Shown here in pieces: positions 12,640 through 22,900 of a DNA stretch of 63,923 bases. Each line of letters begins with the position of its first letter. The stretch's first letter is position 1. The translations under genes were made by a program, and so were the position numbers. The notes below the pieces were generated by a model. That model saw nothing but the letters and a program-made list of their open reading frames with translations, did not search any database and was not told the DNA's origin. The DNA lies in assembly GCA_034780895.1 (NCBI GenBank), contig JAUZTB010000127.1, positions 33,023,829-33,087,751 of the forward strand, given 5' to 3'. This stretch comes from Rhynchobatus australiae (lineage: Eukaryota).

Positions 12640-13070
12640 CTAGTTTTCACCCTCTCCTCCCCCAACTCCTTTCACATTTACAACTTTTATCAATGCCATT
12701 TAATACATTGAGCGCACTTGACTAATCCATGATTAATGTTTCAGCTTTCAGATCACCCATTCTCCTGCTCACACTAGTGAGTCAGTGATTGCACAACAGG
12801 ACATTATGGATGCAGTTTCCTCCCAATTTACTCAATGTGGCACTTCATGGCTCATCTTCTAACTCCTTAAGGTTTCTGGAGAATCCTCATTTCTGCCCTT
12901 ATCCCTCTCTTGCTTTATGCTACCTTCTCGATGATCTGACAGTCCAACTTAGTTTTGCCAACGGAGATGTTATACGTTCCAGATCCGCTCACCCCAAAAT
13001 GCTGCTACTTGAACTGCAATGCAGAATCACTATAGTGGCTTTCTCCCATTCTTCCTTATGGCAAGATAAA
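12640..13070 (+). mobile_element. highly decayed L2-type LINE fragments
   Basis: Pyrimidine-rich decayed sequence ending ...GCAGAATCACTATAGTGGCTTTCTC, reminiscent of L2 RT coding sequence. Weak. Confidence 0.3.
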
Positions 13071-13239
13071 AAAAAAGGTACAAATGTGAAGTGGCTGCTT
13101 TGAGTTATCTCGCCAGCAACGTTCACCTCTTTAGCACTATCTTTCAGTCCAGCTTTATCAACATTCTTCAAAGATATAGCACAGAAAGCAGTCTGTCATG
13201 TCAACACTTTGGAAAAAATGGATTTAAAGGGGCTGTGGT

Positions 13240-14065
13240 ATGAAGTGATCCCACCACCACTCTCTCCTCCTTCCCTCCCCCGCCACCTTTCTGCTCTCGG
13301 CAGGGACCACTTTCTCAGTGACGCCCTGGTCCAAACATCCCTCCCCAGCCACCCCTTCCTGTCCCCTAGTACTAGAGGAGGTGTAGCATCTGTCCCTTCA
13401 CTTCTTCCCTATCACCATCCAAAGGACCTAAACTGCCCTCCCAGGAGAGGCACCTCTTCCAACATGGTCTACTGCATTTGGTGCTCATGCCATAGCCTGC
13501 TCTGCAATGGCGAAACCAAGTGTGGACTAGGTGACCATTTAATGAAGTACCTGTTGCTCTGTCTGCAATAGACATCAAGCTTCTGGTTGTATGTAATTTT
13601 CACTTTCCTTCCCACTCCCACACTGACCTGTCCTATGCTTCCGCCATTGCTACGGAGAGACCATACGCAAATTGGAAGAACACCTGATATTCTTCTTGGG
13701 TAGCTTACAACCCAATGGTGTGAACATTAACTTTTCCAATTTCAGGGTAACCCATAACCCTGGCATTGTCCACCCATGCACACTTGCACATCCCCAAAGT
13801 TTTCTTCTCCTTTTGTTAACTTTTCCATTCCTCTTCACCCACCTGGTATCATCTGTCCATCATCCCCTCCCCATCTGGTTCCACCTATCACCTACCAGCC
13901 CGTATTCCACACCACCCCCTCTTCTGCTGCACTGCAATACACTAGCAATCTTTCCTCTTCCCTCCCAATCCTGATGTAGGATCTCGACTCAATGTCAATT
14001 TACTCCTTTTGCATTCACAAATGTTGATTGACCAGTCAAGTTCTTCCAGCACTCTAATCTTTTGT
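13240..14065 (+). mobile_element. Penelope-like retroelement 3' part: decayed GIY-YIG endonuclease plus LTR with hammerhead remnant
   Basis: ORF 13209-13571 contains TSSNMVYCIWCSCHSLLCNGETKCGLGDHLMKYL (N.VY.I.C..C...YIGET.R.L..R..EH pattern). Next frame EEHLIFFLGSLQPNGVNINF is the typical PLE C-terminus. Then a C/T-rich UTR and CAATC CTGATGT AGGATCTCGACTC AA TGTC at 13966-14000. Confidence 0.85.
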
Positions 14066-14149
14066 TAAAGGAGCAGTCATCTGCATAAACTCATGGCATG
14101 AAAAAATGTGCACTTAAACCCAATCCCAGTGCACCCTTAACCTAGAATA

Positions 14150-14900
14150 TTTCACTGTAGAAAGGTATTTAACCCATCATGCCTCTGCACTTTGGTGGTC
14201 TCATTTCCCATTTTTATCCTGCAATTATTTCCTCTAAGTACTTATTCAATTCCCCACCGCAAGTTATTATTGAATCTGCCACTTCAATCCCTTGAGGCAT
14301 TGCATGCCAGATCATTGCTCCTGTGAATTGTTTCATATCGATTCTGACGCTTTTGCCAATTATATTAAACCTGCATTATCAGAAATAGCAACTCTCCTAC
14401 AATAAAATTTGCCTCACCTACACTTAAACACTTCACAATTTGAACATCTCCACAAAACCTCTCCTTAGGGCCTCAGTAGCTACATCTCCAGTCTCTCCTC
14501 AGGACTGAAGTCCCACATTCCTGATATAATTAGAATAAATCTTCTCTCCACACTCTCCAAAGTTTGCCACCCTACCTCAAGAGCAGAATCCAGAAGTGGA
14601 CAATACTCCAGCTGTAGGCTAACATTTATAAAGTTTCAGCATCACTTCCTTGTTTCCTTTTATCCAAAAGGACATTAATAAAGCTAAAAATCTAGTGTGC
14701 TTTTGTAATACGTTTCTCAACTTGTCTAGCTACTTTACGATTTATATATGGCAGTTCCCATGTCTGTCCCTACACCCCCTTGAAATTGTAACACATTTAA
14801 AATTATCCTACCAAAATGAAATACGCCTGGTATTGTGTGTTCAATATCATCTGCCGTCCTTGTTCATTTTGTAAACCCATTCTGCAGAAGAGAGTTACTA
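14150..14900 (-). mobile_element. old CR1 LINE fragment
   Basis: AGGTATTTAACCCATCATGCCT...CATTGCATGCCAGATCA...CCAGAAGTGGACAATACTCCAGCTGTAGGCTAAC: antisense CR1 ORF2 C-terminus and 3'UTR. Confidence 0.65.
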
Positions 14901-15599
14901 TCCTCCAATTTTGCTTTATCCAGAATTTAATTGTCCACACAGTTTTATAATAAACTGCTGCATATCAATTCAATTACTGCTTATTTTCCTGCTCAGTAAT
15001 GGATAGTTTAATTTGTTTTTACTTTTGAAGGCAAATGAGAAACATTTCAAATGCAATGAAGTTTAAATGCTAATAACACTATACAAAATAAACTGAAGCC
15101 AACAAACCATTACTAATCACAGAGAGTGGTTAGTAAGTCATGTAGTTTAGAACTCATAGGTTTGGCAAGAATGTTTTAGTTCAGGGCAGGATTTCTATTT
15201 ACTGCACATCTAGAACAGCCAAAATTCAAATATTATTATAACAGCTTTTTTTTTAAAGTATCATTCAGTGATCCTAAACCAACAAAAAAGTCTTTCTAAA
15301 AAGGAAGCTGTTTGACTTGGTGTCCTGCTGTTTCTACAAGAAGAAATCAGATTGAGGATAGTTAAAACGTTGACTGCTTAAATCAATAAGGGCAAAGACC
15401 TGTGGAACAATAGCCAGAGGCACAATGCAGTAGTTCTTTACACTCTGCCNNNNNNNNNNNNNNNNNNNNNNNNNNNNNNNNNNNNNNNNNNNNNNNNNNN
15501 NNNNNNNNNNNNNNNNNNNNNNNNNNNNNNNNNNNNNNNNNNNNNNNNNTTACACTCTGCCTCAGGTTCAATTCTAGTGAATTCACAGAACTGATCTTT

Positions 15600-16065
15600 A
15601 GAGACCCTAAGACATAGGAGCAGAATTAGGCCATTCAACCCACTGAGTCTGCTCCACCACTTAATCATGGCTGATTTTGTTTTAAACCCCATTCTCCCAC
15701 CTTCTCCCCATCACCCTTAACCTCCTTACCAATCAAGAACCAATCATTCTCTACCTTAAATACACCCCAATTACTTGGCCTCCACTGTCCTCGATGGCAA
15801 CAAATTCCACAGATTCACCATCCTCTGGTGAAGAAATTCCTCATCTCAGTTTTAACGCGACATCCCTTCATTCTGAGGCTGTGCCTTCAGATACTAGACT
15901 TTCCTACTATGGAGACATCCTCTCCACATCCACTCTATCTGGTAAGTTTCAATGAGATTCACCCCCATCCTTCTGAACTCCATCGAGTACAGGCCCAGAG
16001 ACCTCATAGGTTAAACTTTCATTCCTGGGATCATTCTTGTGAACCTCCTCTGGACCCTCTCCAGG
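15600..16065 (-). mobile_element. CR1 LINE 3' end
   Basis: GACATAGGAGCAGAATTAGGCCATTCAACCC... 3'UTR; minus ORF 16011-16253 ends LERVQRRFTRMIPGMK, the CR1 ORF2 C-terminal motif. Confidence 0.9.
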
Positions 16066-16220
16066 AGAGGCAGAGTACAAAATGGTGAATCCAAATTACA
16101 AAATGTTTGATGACACTGACTAGGGGTGCATTTTGGGCACATTTTAAAATTATTAGACCCAGAAAATTTATTTTTCTTAAAGTAGCCAAATTTCCCCACC
16201 TTAAAGAGCAATCCCCAAAC

Positions 16221-16325
16221 AGGAAATATAGATACAGGAAATATTGAAAACATTCAGTCAGGCAGCATCTGTGGATTGGGAGACAGTTAACGTTTCAGGT
16301 CTGAGATGCTTTGCCAGCACCTGAC
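16221..16325 (-). mobile_element. Penelope-like LTR fragment with partial hammerhead motif
   Basis: CAGTCAGGCAGCATCTGTGG...CAGTTAACGTTTCAGGTC; minus strand retains GACCT GAAA CG TT AACTG. Confidence 0.75.
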
Positions 16326-17259
16326 CAATATTCTGATAAGACTAAGGCAGCAACTTAAAATTTGCATACAGCAAGAGCTGCACTCTTAACAGAATATGCA
16401 AGACTTGCTGTTGATTTTCAAATAAACACTATTCCAGGACTAGGCTGTCCCAATAACATCTCTTAATACAGGAAAAGCAGCCCATGGAGTGTTATGTTTG
16501 GACCAGGGATTGTATTGAGTAGGAGCAAATGGGAAGTGGCTTACTGCAGTGGAATTCTACAGTCTGCCTGCCTGGGTCAGTTGGTTCATCTGGGGTCGAA
16601 CACACAAGTGAGACTTAATGGTCTTGGAAACAAAATCAAATTACAAGCACTTCAGAAAAACAAAACAAACCATAAAAACTAATAATGAGAATCTCAGGAG
16701 GTGCACTTTGTGAAGCAAACTGTCATAACCTCCATAGAGAAATAAAGCATGCTCCATTCATTGAAAATAGGACATCACATTTTAAATCCACAGGGTGGAA
16801 AAATAGAGAGGAATTGCCAAGTCTCACAGTATAAAACTATTAAATTGCATTACAGGGAAAAACTCCATTAAATATCATTGGAGTTCACTGTCAAAATAGG
16901 TCNNNNNNNNNNNNNCATGCAACAAACAAATGTATACAAGGGCAGACAAATTAAAAGGGAAAATATGGGGTAGCTTGCAGTATTCCTCTGCTTCTGCAAA
17001 CAGTACTTTGAGCGCTGTAGGGCCCTGCAGAAATTCACAAGGTAAGTTACGGTGACATTTCTCCTGGTACCACCTCATTCCAAGCAGCAGCACACAGTCG
17101 AAAACAGCTATCTGCATGGATTCCCCAAAAAGGTTCACGAGCAATACAAACACGCGAGCCAGGTCAGAGTTTGGAATGTGCATGGATGAGAGGAAAGTCC
17201 GTGATTAGAATGCAGTCTTCTGATGGAAGAAATCATCACATTAAATCTAGTTTTGAAGC

Positions 17260-17640
17260 ACTTGTACGCTGCCATTTTCAATTACATACTGCTTTGTTTC
17301 ACATACTTATGATAGCCACCTTCAATTCTATCCTCCTCCCCTTCACCTTGGAACAGACCATCCATGACCCAACAGCCCTAATGTCACGAGCTTTCATTCC
17401 GATACACAAATGCTGCCAACTTCTACCCAAGACCTTCAGCTTGGCCGATCTGCTGCAGATTGTCATTCACAGGTATACCCAATTATTCCAATACACAACC
17501 ACCCACAATCCTTCCATAAAACTACAACTCATCCAAAGCCTTGCATCCTGCAGCAAACATTGGTGCATCTCCTTAACTTCAAAAGCCAAAACATTTCATT
17601 GACAACTTGATAGCTCAAGACCACGTCTTCCGGTCCTCAA
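17260..17640 (+). mobile_element. decayed L2 LINE fragment
   Basis: CTTCCATAAAACTACAACTCATCCAAAGCCTTGC (KLQLIQS, cf. L2 KLQL.QN.AAR) with preceding decayed ORF2 C-terminal sequence. Confidence 0.5.
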
Positions 17641-18606
17641 ACCCTGGTGAAATGAAAGTACTGGACTCACGCATGATAGACAAGCTTGCTACAGACAATT
17701 AAGCGGTTACCTACTTGAAGAAGCTGGTAATAAACTTCAGTCCTGGTATATATAGTCAAAAAGGTTGGGAAAATTACTAAAGGTGCTGATACCTAAAAGA
17801 CACAACCATATTCAAACTGCCTGGATAACATTTGAGCCTTCTCATTACAGAAACCAACCTATGGTCAATTTGACTCTCTTCAAAACACGATAAATGCACC
17901 AAGTACAGCAAAGATTATGGTCCCTGAAGCCCTTATTCCCGAACCAGCAGCATTCCAGCCCAGCTACAACACCAGTGTGGGAAATTGTTCAATCATATCC
18001 TGCCCTCAAAACAAGACAAAAATCAACTATTACTGTCCAATCAATCTTCTCCCAAAGTGACAATATGAATTGTCAACATGGGCATCAAGCACACTAATTG
18101 AGTCTCTGATCCTGCTCAAATCCTCGAGGACCACACTTCTAAAGATCTCAAAGATCAAAAGGACAAAAGTAGCAAATTCTAGGAGAGTGTATGATTATCC
18201 TTTACATTGAGGCAACATTTGAGGGAGGTTTCAAGGAGCCCAAGTAAAATTGATATTTATGAGCTCCAGATAGACTCCAATGGTTAGAGAAAAGGTAGGT
18301 GTGGATGTTGGAGATGGGTCATTCCAACAGAACATTGCTGCCAGATTTTCTCCAGGCAGCAACCTAGGTCCAGTTTTCTGCAAGCAACTTTGCTAATGAC
18401 CAAAGCTTCAATTACAAGATCAAAAAGAGTCTCCTCACTGATTGTAGTACGCAACTTCATTCATGGTTCTTCAGATAACAAAGTTCATGCTCAAAATACA
18501 AGGTCCAGATAAATTTTTCAGCCTTGAGTTGATTAGTAACAAGTTACATGCAATACATGGTGCCAGGTAATGACCTCCTCAAACATTCCTTAACCTCACA
18601 ATGACA

Positions 18607-19338
18607 CAGTGGCATGCCAAAGTTTGGGCACCCGGTCAAAATTTCTGTTATTGTGAATAGCCAAGCGAGTAAAAGATGACCTGGATTTCCAAGAGTTAAA
18701 AGATGACACATTTCTTTAGTATTTTAAACAAGATTACTTTTTTTATTTCCATCTTTTACAGCTTCAAAATAACGAGGGGAAAAAGGGCCCAAAAGCAAAA
18801 GTCTGGGCACCCTGCAAGGTCAGTACTTAGTAACACCCCCTTTAACAAGTATCACAGCTTGTAAATGCTTTCTATAGCCAGCTAAGAGTCTTTCAATTCT
18901 TGTTTGGGGGATTTTTGCCCATTCTTCCTTGCAAAAGGCTTCTAGTTCTATGAAACTCTTAGGCTGTTTTACATGCACTGCTCTTTTGAGGTCTATCCAC
19001 AGATTTTCAATGATGTTTAGGTTGGGGGACTGTGAGGGCCATGACAAAACCCTCAGAGTGTGCCTCTTGATGTAGTCCATTGTGGATTTTGAGGTGTGTT
19101 TAGGATCGTTATCCTGTTGTAGAAGTCATCCTCTTTTCATCTTCAGCTTTTNNNNNNNNNNNNNNNNNNNNNNNNNNNNNNNNNNNNNNNNNNNNNNNNN
19201 NNNNNNNNNNNNNNNNNNNNNNNNNNNNNNNNNNNNNNNNNNNNNNNNNNNCTGGAGATCAGTTCATCTTCTACTCACATAACTATTCACAGTAACAGAA
19301 ATTTTGACCAGGGATGCCCAAACTTTTGCATGCCACTG
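18607..19338 (-). mobile_element. Tc1/mariner DNA transposon (DD34E, IR/DR type), internally gapped
   Basis: TIRs CAGTGGCATGCCAAAGTTTGGGCACCC-GGTCAAAATTTCTGTTATTGTGAATAG (18607-18660) and its inverse (19283-19338). Flanked by CA and TA (decayed TA target duplication). Inner repeat GCAAAAGTCTGGGCACCC at about 18795-18812. Confidence 0.95.
18820..19151 (-). pseudogene. Tc1 transposase C-terminal catalytic region
   Basis: [51 protein letters not shown]...KGGVTKY*. 34 residues between the D of QDND and the E. One in-frame TGA. 5' part lost in the gap at 19152-19251. Confidence 0.95.
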
Positions 19339-19934
19339 TACATTCTGGAGGGGTGGGATTACATTTGACTAAAACTCTTGTGAACCAGCCACACAATTGC
19401 CAATAGCTACAAGATCAGGTCAGAGGCTGGATATTCAGCAGTAAGTGATGAACCTCATGACCTTCCAAACCTTCTTACAACAGACACTGTACAGATCAGT
19501 AGCATGATAGAATCCTCTCCACTTTCTGCGTTGGCCACAGTTGGCCCAACACTACACCATCCATAACTAACCAATCTGCATCAAAACCAAAAAAAGGTGC
19601 TGAAAATTGAAATAAAAAAGGAATTGGAATTATTTTTATTACATTGCTCTTTCTCCACAACTTTATTAAAATGGATCTTGTTCACCCTTTACTATTATTC
19701 CATTTTGTCTTAATGTCTATTTTCTAATCACTCTACCATTGCACAGGAAATGTTTTAGATGCTCCCGTGATGCAATAAGGTCATAAGTGCACAGCACAAA
19801 CAATGATGTCCACTGTTGAGGAATAACAATCTCTTTATCAAATCAGTCCGTTAATATACTACATACCGTGTCCCAGTTTTCCTTACCATTTGTTTCTGCA
19901 ATCTCAATGCACACGAACAAACACATGGAACAAC

Positions 19935-20076
19935 TTCTCTAGAGCAACAATGTGCTGGAGGAACTCAGCAGGCCATGCAGCATCTGTGGGGGGAATTGTT
20001 GACATATCAGGTCAAACGTCCTCCAGCACATTGTTTGTTGCTCCAAATTCCAGCATCTGAAGTCTCTTGCATCTCC
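19935..20076. mobile_element. short palindromic Penelope-LTR derivative
   Basis: GAGCAACAATGTGCTGGAGGA ... TCCTCCAGCACATTGTTTGTTGCTC inverted arms, ending CCAGCATCTGAAGTCTCTTG. Confidence 0.85.
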
Positions 20077-20934
20077 AACAACTTCTCTGGTTGTATTGTT
20101 CAATTCTGGATACCAAATATTTTGACCTGTGCAGAGTTAGAAACTGTGGACAGTGGAAACTGGGGGCAGATGATTTCAAACCTTCTCACCAGACTCACTT
20201 GGGCACCACTTGGACTCAATTCCAATTTTACCCTGTTTGAATAATCAGGTGGGAAGGTCACCTGCTGAAAATTGGCAGGGTTCTTTAAATGTGCAAATTG
20301 TTCGCCAATTGCCTCATCAGGGCCTGAATGTTACATTATCCAGGGATCTGTACAGGACCATCTGAACAGGCAGCAGATTTACAAGGCTGAAAAGGGCAAG
20401 AGTTTTCATTACTACTCAAGTTCCCTGTGGGATCCAGCCATGGTGTGTCATTCTGGGGCAAGTTTAGGCTTCCACTGGCTGGAGTTCCCTCCTCCTCCTC
20501 CTGCTGCCCCACATCCGCAGGGCTTTCTGAAATTCTTTCCCTAGACATTTCCCCCAAATAGCAGGGCTTGTTCTGACTCCAGCCTCTCAAAATTGCTCTA
20601 GTGAGACTTTGTACATTTCTCATATGGTTTAAAGCAGGAAGAAGACAAGACAAACACTGATGAGGGCCCATTCCCCCTCTGTTGCAGCAACTATGGCAGG
20701 GCCTCGCTTGGCATACTGGTAACATTGGCAGTCCACCATATGTCCCACTCTATCAACTGTTGAGGGTTTTCAATATTTACTGAATTCCCTTAAAAATAAA
20801 CCAGTAAAGCCAATTTTAAATTAATGTATTTGACATGTGAAATGTGTTAAATTTCCTTCTTTCCTGTAATCTTACAATCCCCATGGGCTGGTAGACCTGT
20901 AGTAGGTCAAACATGGAGCAGGATCCAAGAGTAG

Positions 20935-21206
20935 AGCATTGCAGATGCTGGAAATCGAAAAGCAAAAAACTGAAAATGCTATAAAATCTCAGGTCAGGCA
21001 ACATCTGCAGATAGTGAAATAAAATTATCCCTTCAGGTCAAAGACCCATCATCAGAACTGGGTGAGATAAATAAGTTAGTTCAGAAACAAGACTAATTTG
21101 TACAACTAAGTTGTCTTTCTCAGTTCTGATGAGGGGTGATCAAGCTGAAAGATTAACTGTTTCTCTTTCCACAGGTGCTGCCTGACATGCTGAGTGTGTT
21201 TTCAGC
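20935..21206. mobile_element. palindromic Penelope-LTR derivative with two opposed hammerhead motifs
   Basis: Left arm GCAGATGCTGGAAATC...TTCAGGTCAAAGACCCATCATCAGAACTG (to 21060); right arm CAGTTCTGATGAGGGG...GAAAGATTAACTG...GCTGCCTGACATGCTGAG (from 21121). Confidence 0.85.
21121..21159 (+). ncRNA. minimal type I hammerhead ribozyme-like motif (best preserved core; probably inactive)
   Basis: CAGTT-CTGATGA-GGGGTGATCAAGCT-GAAA-GA-TT-AACTG. Stem I CAGTT/AACTG is perfect and both core boxes are intact; stem II and the stem III palindrome are degraded. Confidence 0.6.
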
Positions 21207-21399
21207 TGGGGAATCTCAACAAGCTCCTAGTCTGCATTTGATTCAGTGGGAAGCCCAGCAGTGCAGTGCAGTGGGGTCATCTCAGAAGAGTTTTGCAGGT
21301 AAGCTTGTGACAGGTGTCTGAAAACTTGCTGGCATTTTAAGTGGGAGCAGTCTGGTCTAGAAACACTCAGATTTGCAAGTAAAATCTGGGTAGGGTTAT

Positions 21400-21473
21400 T
21401 GCTGATTAGCTCAAAATGGTAGAGTGCTCGATTAGCATGCGAGAGGTAGCAGGTTTGATGCCCACATTCTCCA
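21400..21473 (+). pseudogene. tRNA-Ala(AGC) pseudogene
   Basis: TGCTGATTAGCTCAAAATGGTAGAGTGCTCGATTAGCATGCGAGAGGTAGCAGGTTTGATGCCCACATTCTCCA closely follows vertebrate tRNA-Ala-AGC; anticodon AGC at 21434-21436. The 5' acceptor strand does not pair, the T stem has two mismatches and the anticodon stem one. TTTT at 21478-21481. Confidence 0.9.
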
Positions 21474-21483
21474 ATAGTTTTAT

Positions 21484-21767
21484 GGGCAGGCATGGTAGTG
21501 TAGCAGTTAGCATAATGCTTCACAGCTCCAGCGACCTGAGTTCAAATCTGGCCACTGTCCATGAGGAGTTTATTCTCCCCATGTCTGCGTGAGTTTCCTC
21601 TGGGTGCTCTGGTTTCCTCCCACATTCCAAAGACGTATGGGTTAAGAAGTTGTGGGCATGCTATGTTGGCGCCAGAAGCATGGCAATGCTTGCGGGCTGC
21701 CCCCAGAACACTATACAAAAGATGTACTTCACTGTTTCGATGTACATGTGACTAATAAAAATATCTT
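21484..21767 (+). mobile_element. tRNA-derived V-domain SINE, near full length
   Basis: GGGCAGGCATGGTAGTGTAGCAGTTAGC (A box), GAGTTCAAATC (B box), GGGTGCTCTGGTTTCCTCCCACATTCCAAAGACGT core, tail GATGTACATGTGACTAATAAAAATATCTT. Confidence 0.9.
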
Positions 21768-22174
21768 AAATACAGATGGAGAAGCTGCTGCAGTCTTCTA
21801 ATAAATGTCTTAACATATGAACCACAATATCAGTCACTAGGAAAATACTAAAGAAATTCTTTAATTCATCCACAACCCAGCCAGACTTCAAAGAAGCATT
21901 ACCCAATTTAGTTCTCAGCTCAGCAGGGTACATGTTTGAAGTTAATTGATGCAGTGTTGTCACCCTTTTGCAAAGCTTTGGCTAGATTCAGTTCCTGATG
22001 AAGCCTGAAACTAATCAGGCTGATGCATTTCCTGGAATGCATCTCAGTGTGGTCTTGTCTTTGTTAACTCAAATAGGACATGGCTGCCAATGTCCCCAGC
22101 AATGTCATAGCATTGCAGTCACGTCACTGCTAATTTGCCATGTAGAAAACATCATTAGTAGAAAGTTTAAAATA

Positions 22175-22303
22175 GGAGACAAGAGACTGCAGATGTTGGA
22201 ATCTAGAGCAATAATCTACTGGAGGAACTCAACAGGTCAAGCAGCATCAGTGGCTGGAAAGGAATAGTCAATGTTTTGGGTCAAATCCCTGCATCAGAAT
22301 GTG
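22175..22303 (-). mobile_element. Penelope-like LTR 3' fragment with decayed hammerhead motif
   Basis: CAAGAGACTGCAGATGTTGGAATCT...GGAGGAACTCAACAGG; minus strand CTGATGC AGGGATTTGACCC AAAA CA TT GACT. Confidence 0.8.
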
Positions 22304-22619
22304 CAAAACAGGAGAAGGTCTCACTGTAGAACCAATAGCATTTAGATGACATTTTGGCCTTTCAACAATCACACAGAAGAACAAAATGGAGAGAATTAGA
22401 TCTTCATTAAATAAAAATAAAATGCAGGGAAATTTCTCATCCAAATCTCTTAATAATTAACTGGCTAGATTAGTTAAAAATCACACACTTCCGTGGACCT
22501 TTCCCTTCAATTTATAGTCACACACAACTTTCCATACAATTGACCTCACTCAAATGATTACAAGGTGAATGAATGTGTTGTCAATTCCTGTGGCAATACT
22601 TTTATTAATGCTACTATAA

Positions 22620-22900
22620 TACAAACCAGGAGCAGGAAACAAGCCATTTAGCCCTCCTGAACCTAGATCCCCATTCAACAAGATCATAGTTGATCTGACT
22701 ATAACCTCAACTCTGCATTCTTGCCTCCTCCAGTAACCTCTCACCCCCTTATCTAGAAATATCACTTCTGCCTTAAAAATATTTGAAGATTTTGTTTCCA
22801 CCATCCTTGAGGAATTTCCAAAGATTCACAAACCATAAAGGAAAAACAATGCATCTCATCCATCTTAAACAGGTAACTTATTTTTTTAAAGCAATGACCT
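22620..22900 (-). mobile_element. CR1 LINE 3' end
   Basis: AGGAGCAGGAAACAAGCCATTTAGCCCTCCTGAACCT...CCATTCAACAAGATCATAGTTGATCTG; minus ORF MVETKSSNIFKAE...FLDKGVRGY. Confidence 0.8.

Larger units (their letters stand above)
17900..19560 (+). mobile_element. old CR1/L2-group LINE RT remnant, split by the Tc1 insertion
   Basis: CCAGCCCAGCTACAACAC...TGTGGGAAATTGTTCAATCATATCCTGCCCTCAAAACAAGACAAA (WK.A.V.PV.KK.DK) before the Tc1. Continues at 19341 with GCTACAAGATCAGGTCAGAGGCTGG...AGCATGATAGAATCCTCTCCACTT (S.MEYSP). Confidence 0.6.

Noticed and set aside
21400-21473. Functional tRNA-Ala
   Set aside because: Acceptor stem does not pair; T stem and anticodon stem carry mismatches.
21989-22020. CAGTTC CTGATGA AGCCT GAAA C as a standalone hammerhead
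   Set aside because: Only five bases between the boxes, no stem II, and no closing stem I or LTR context.
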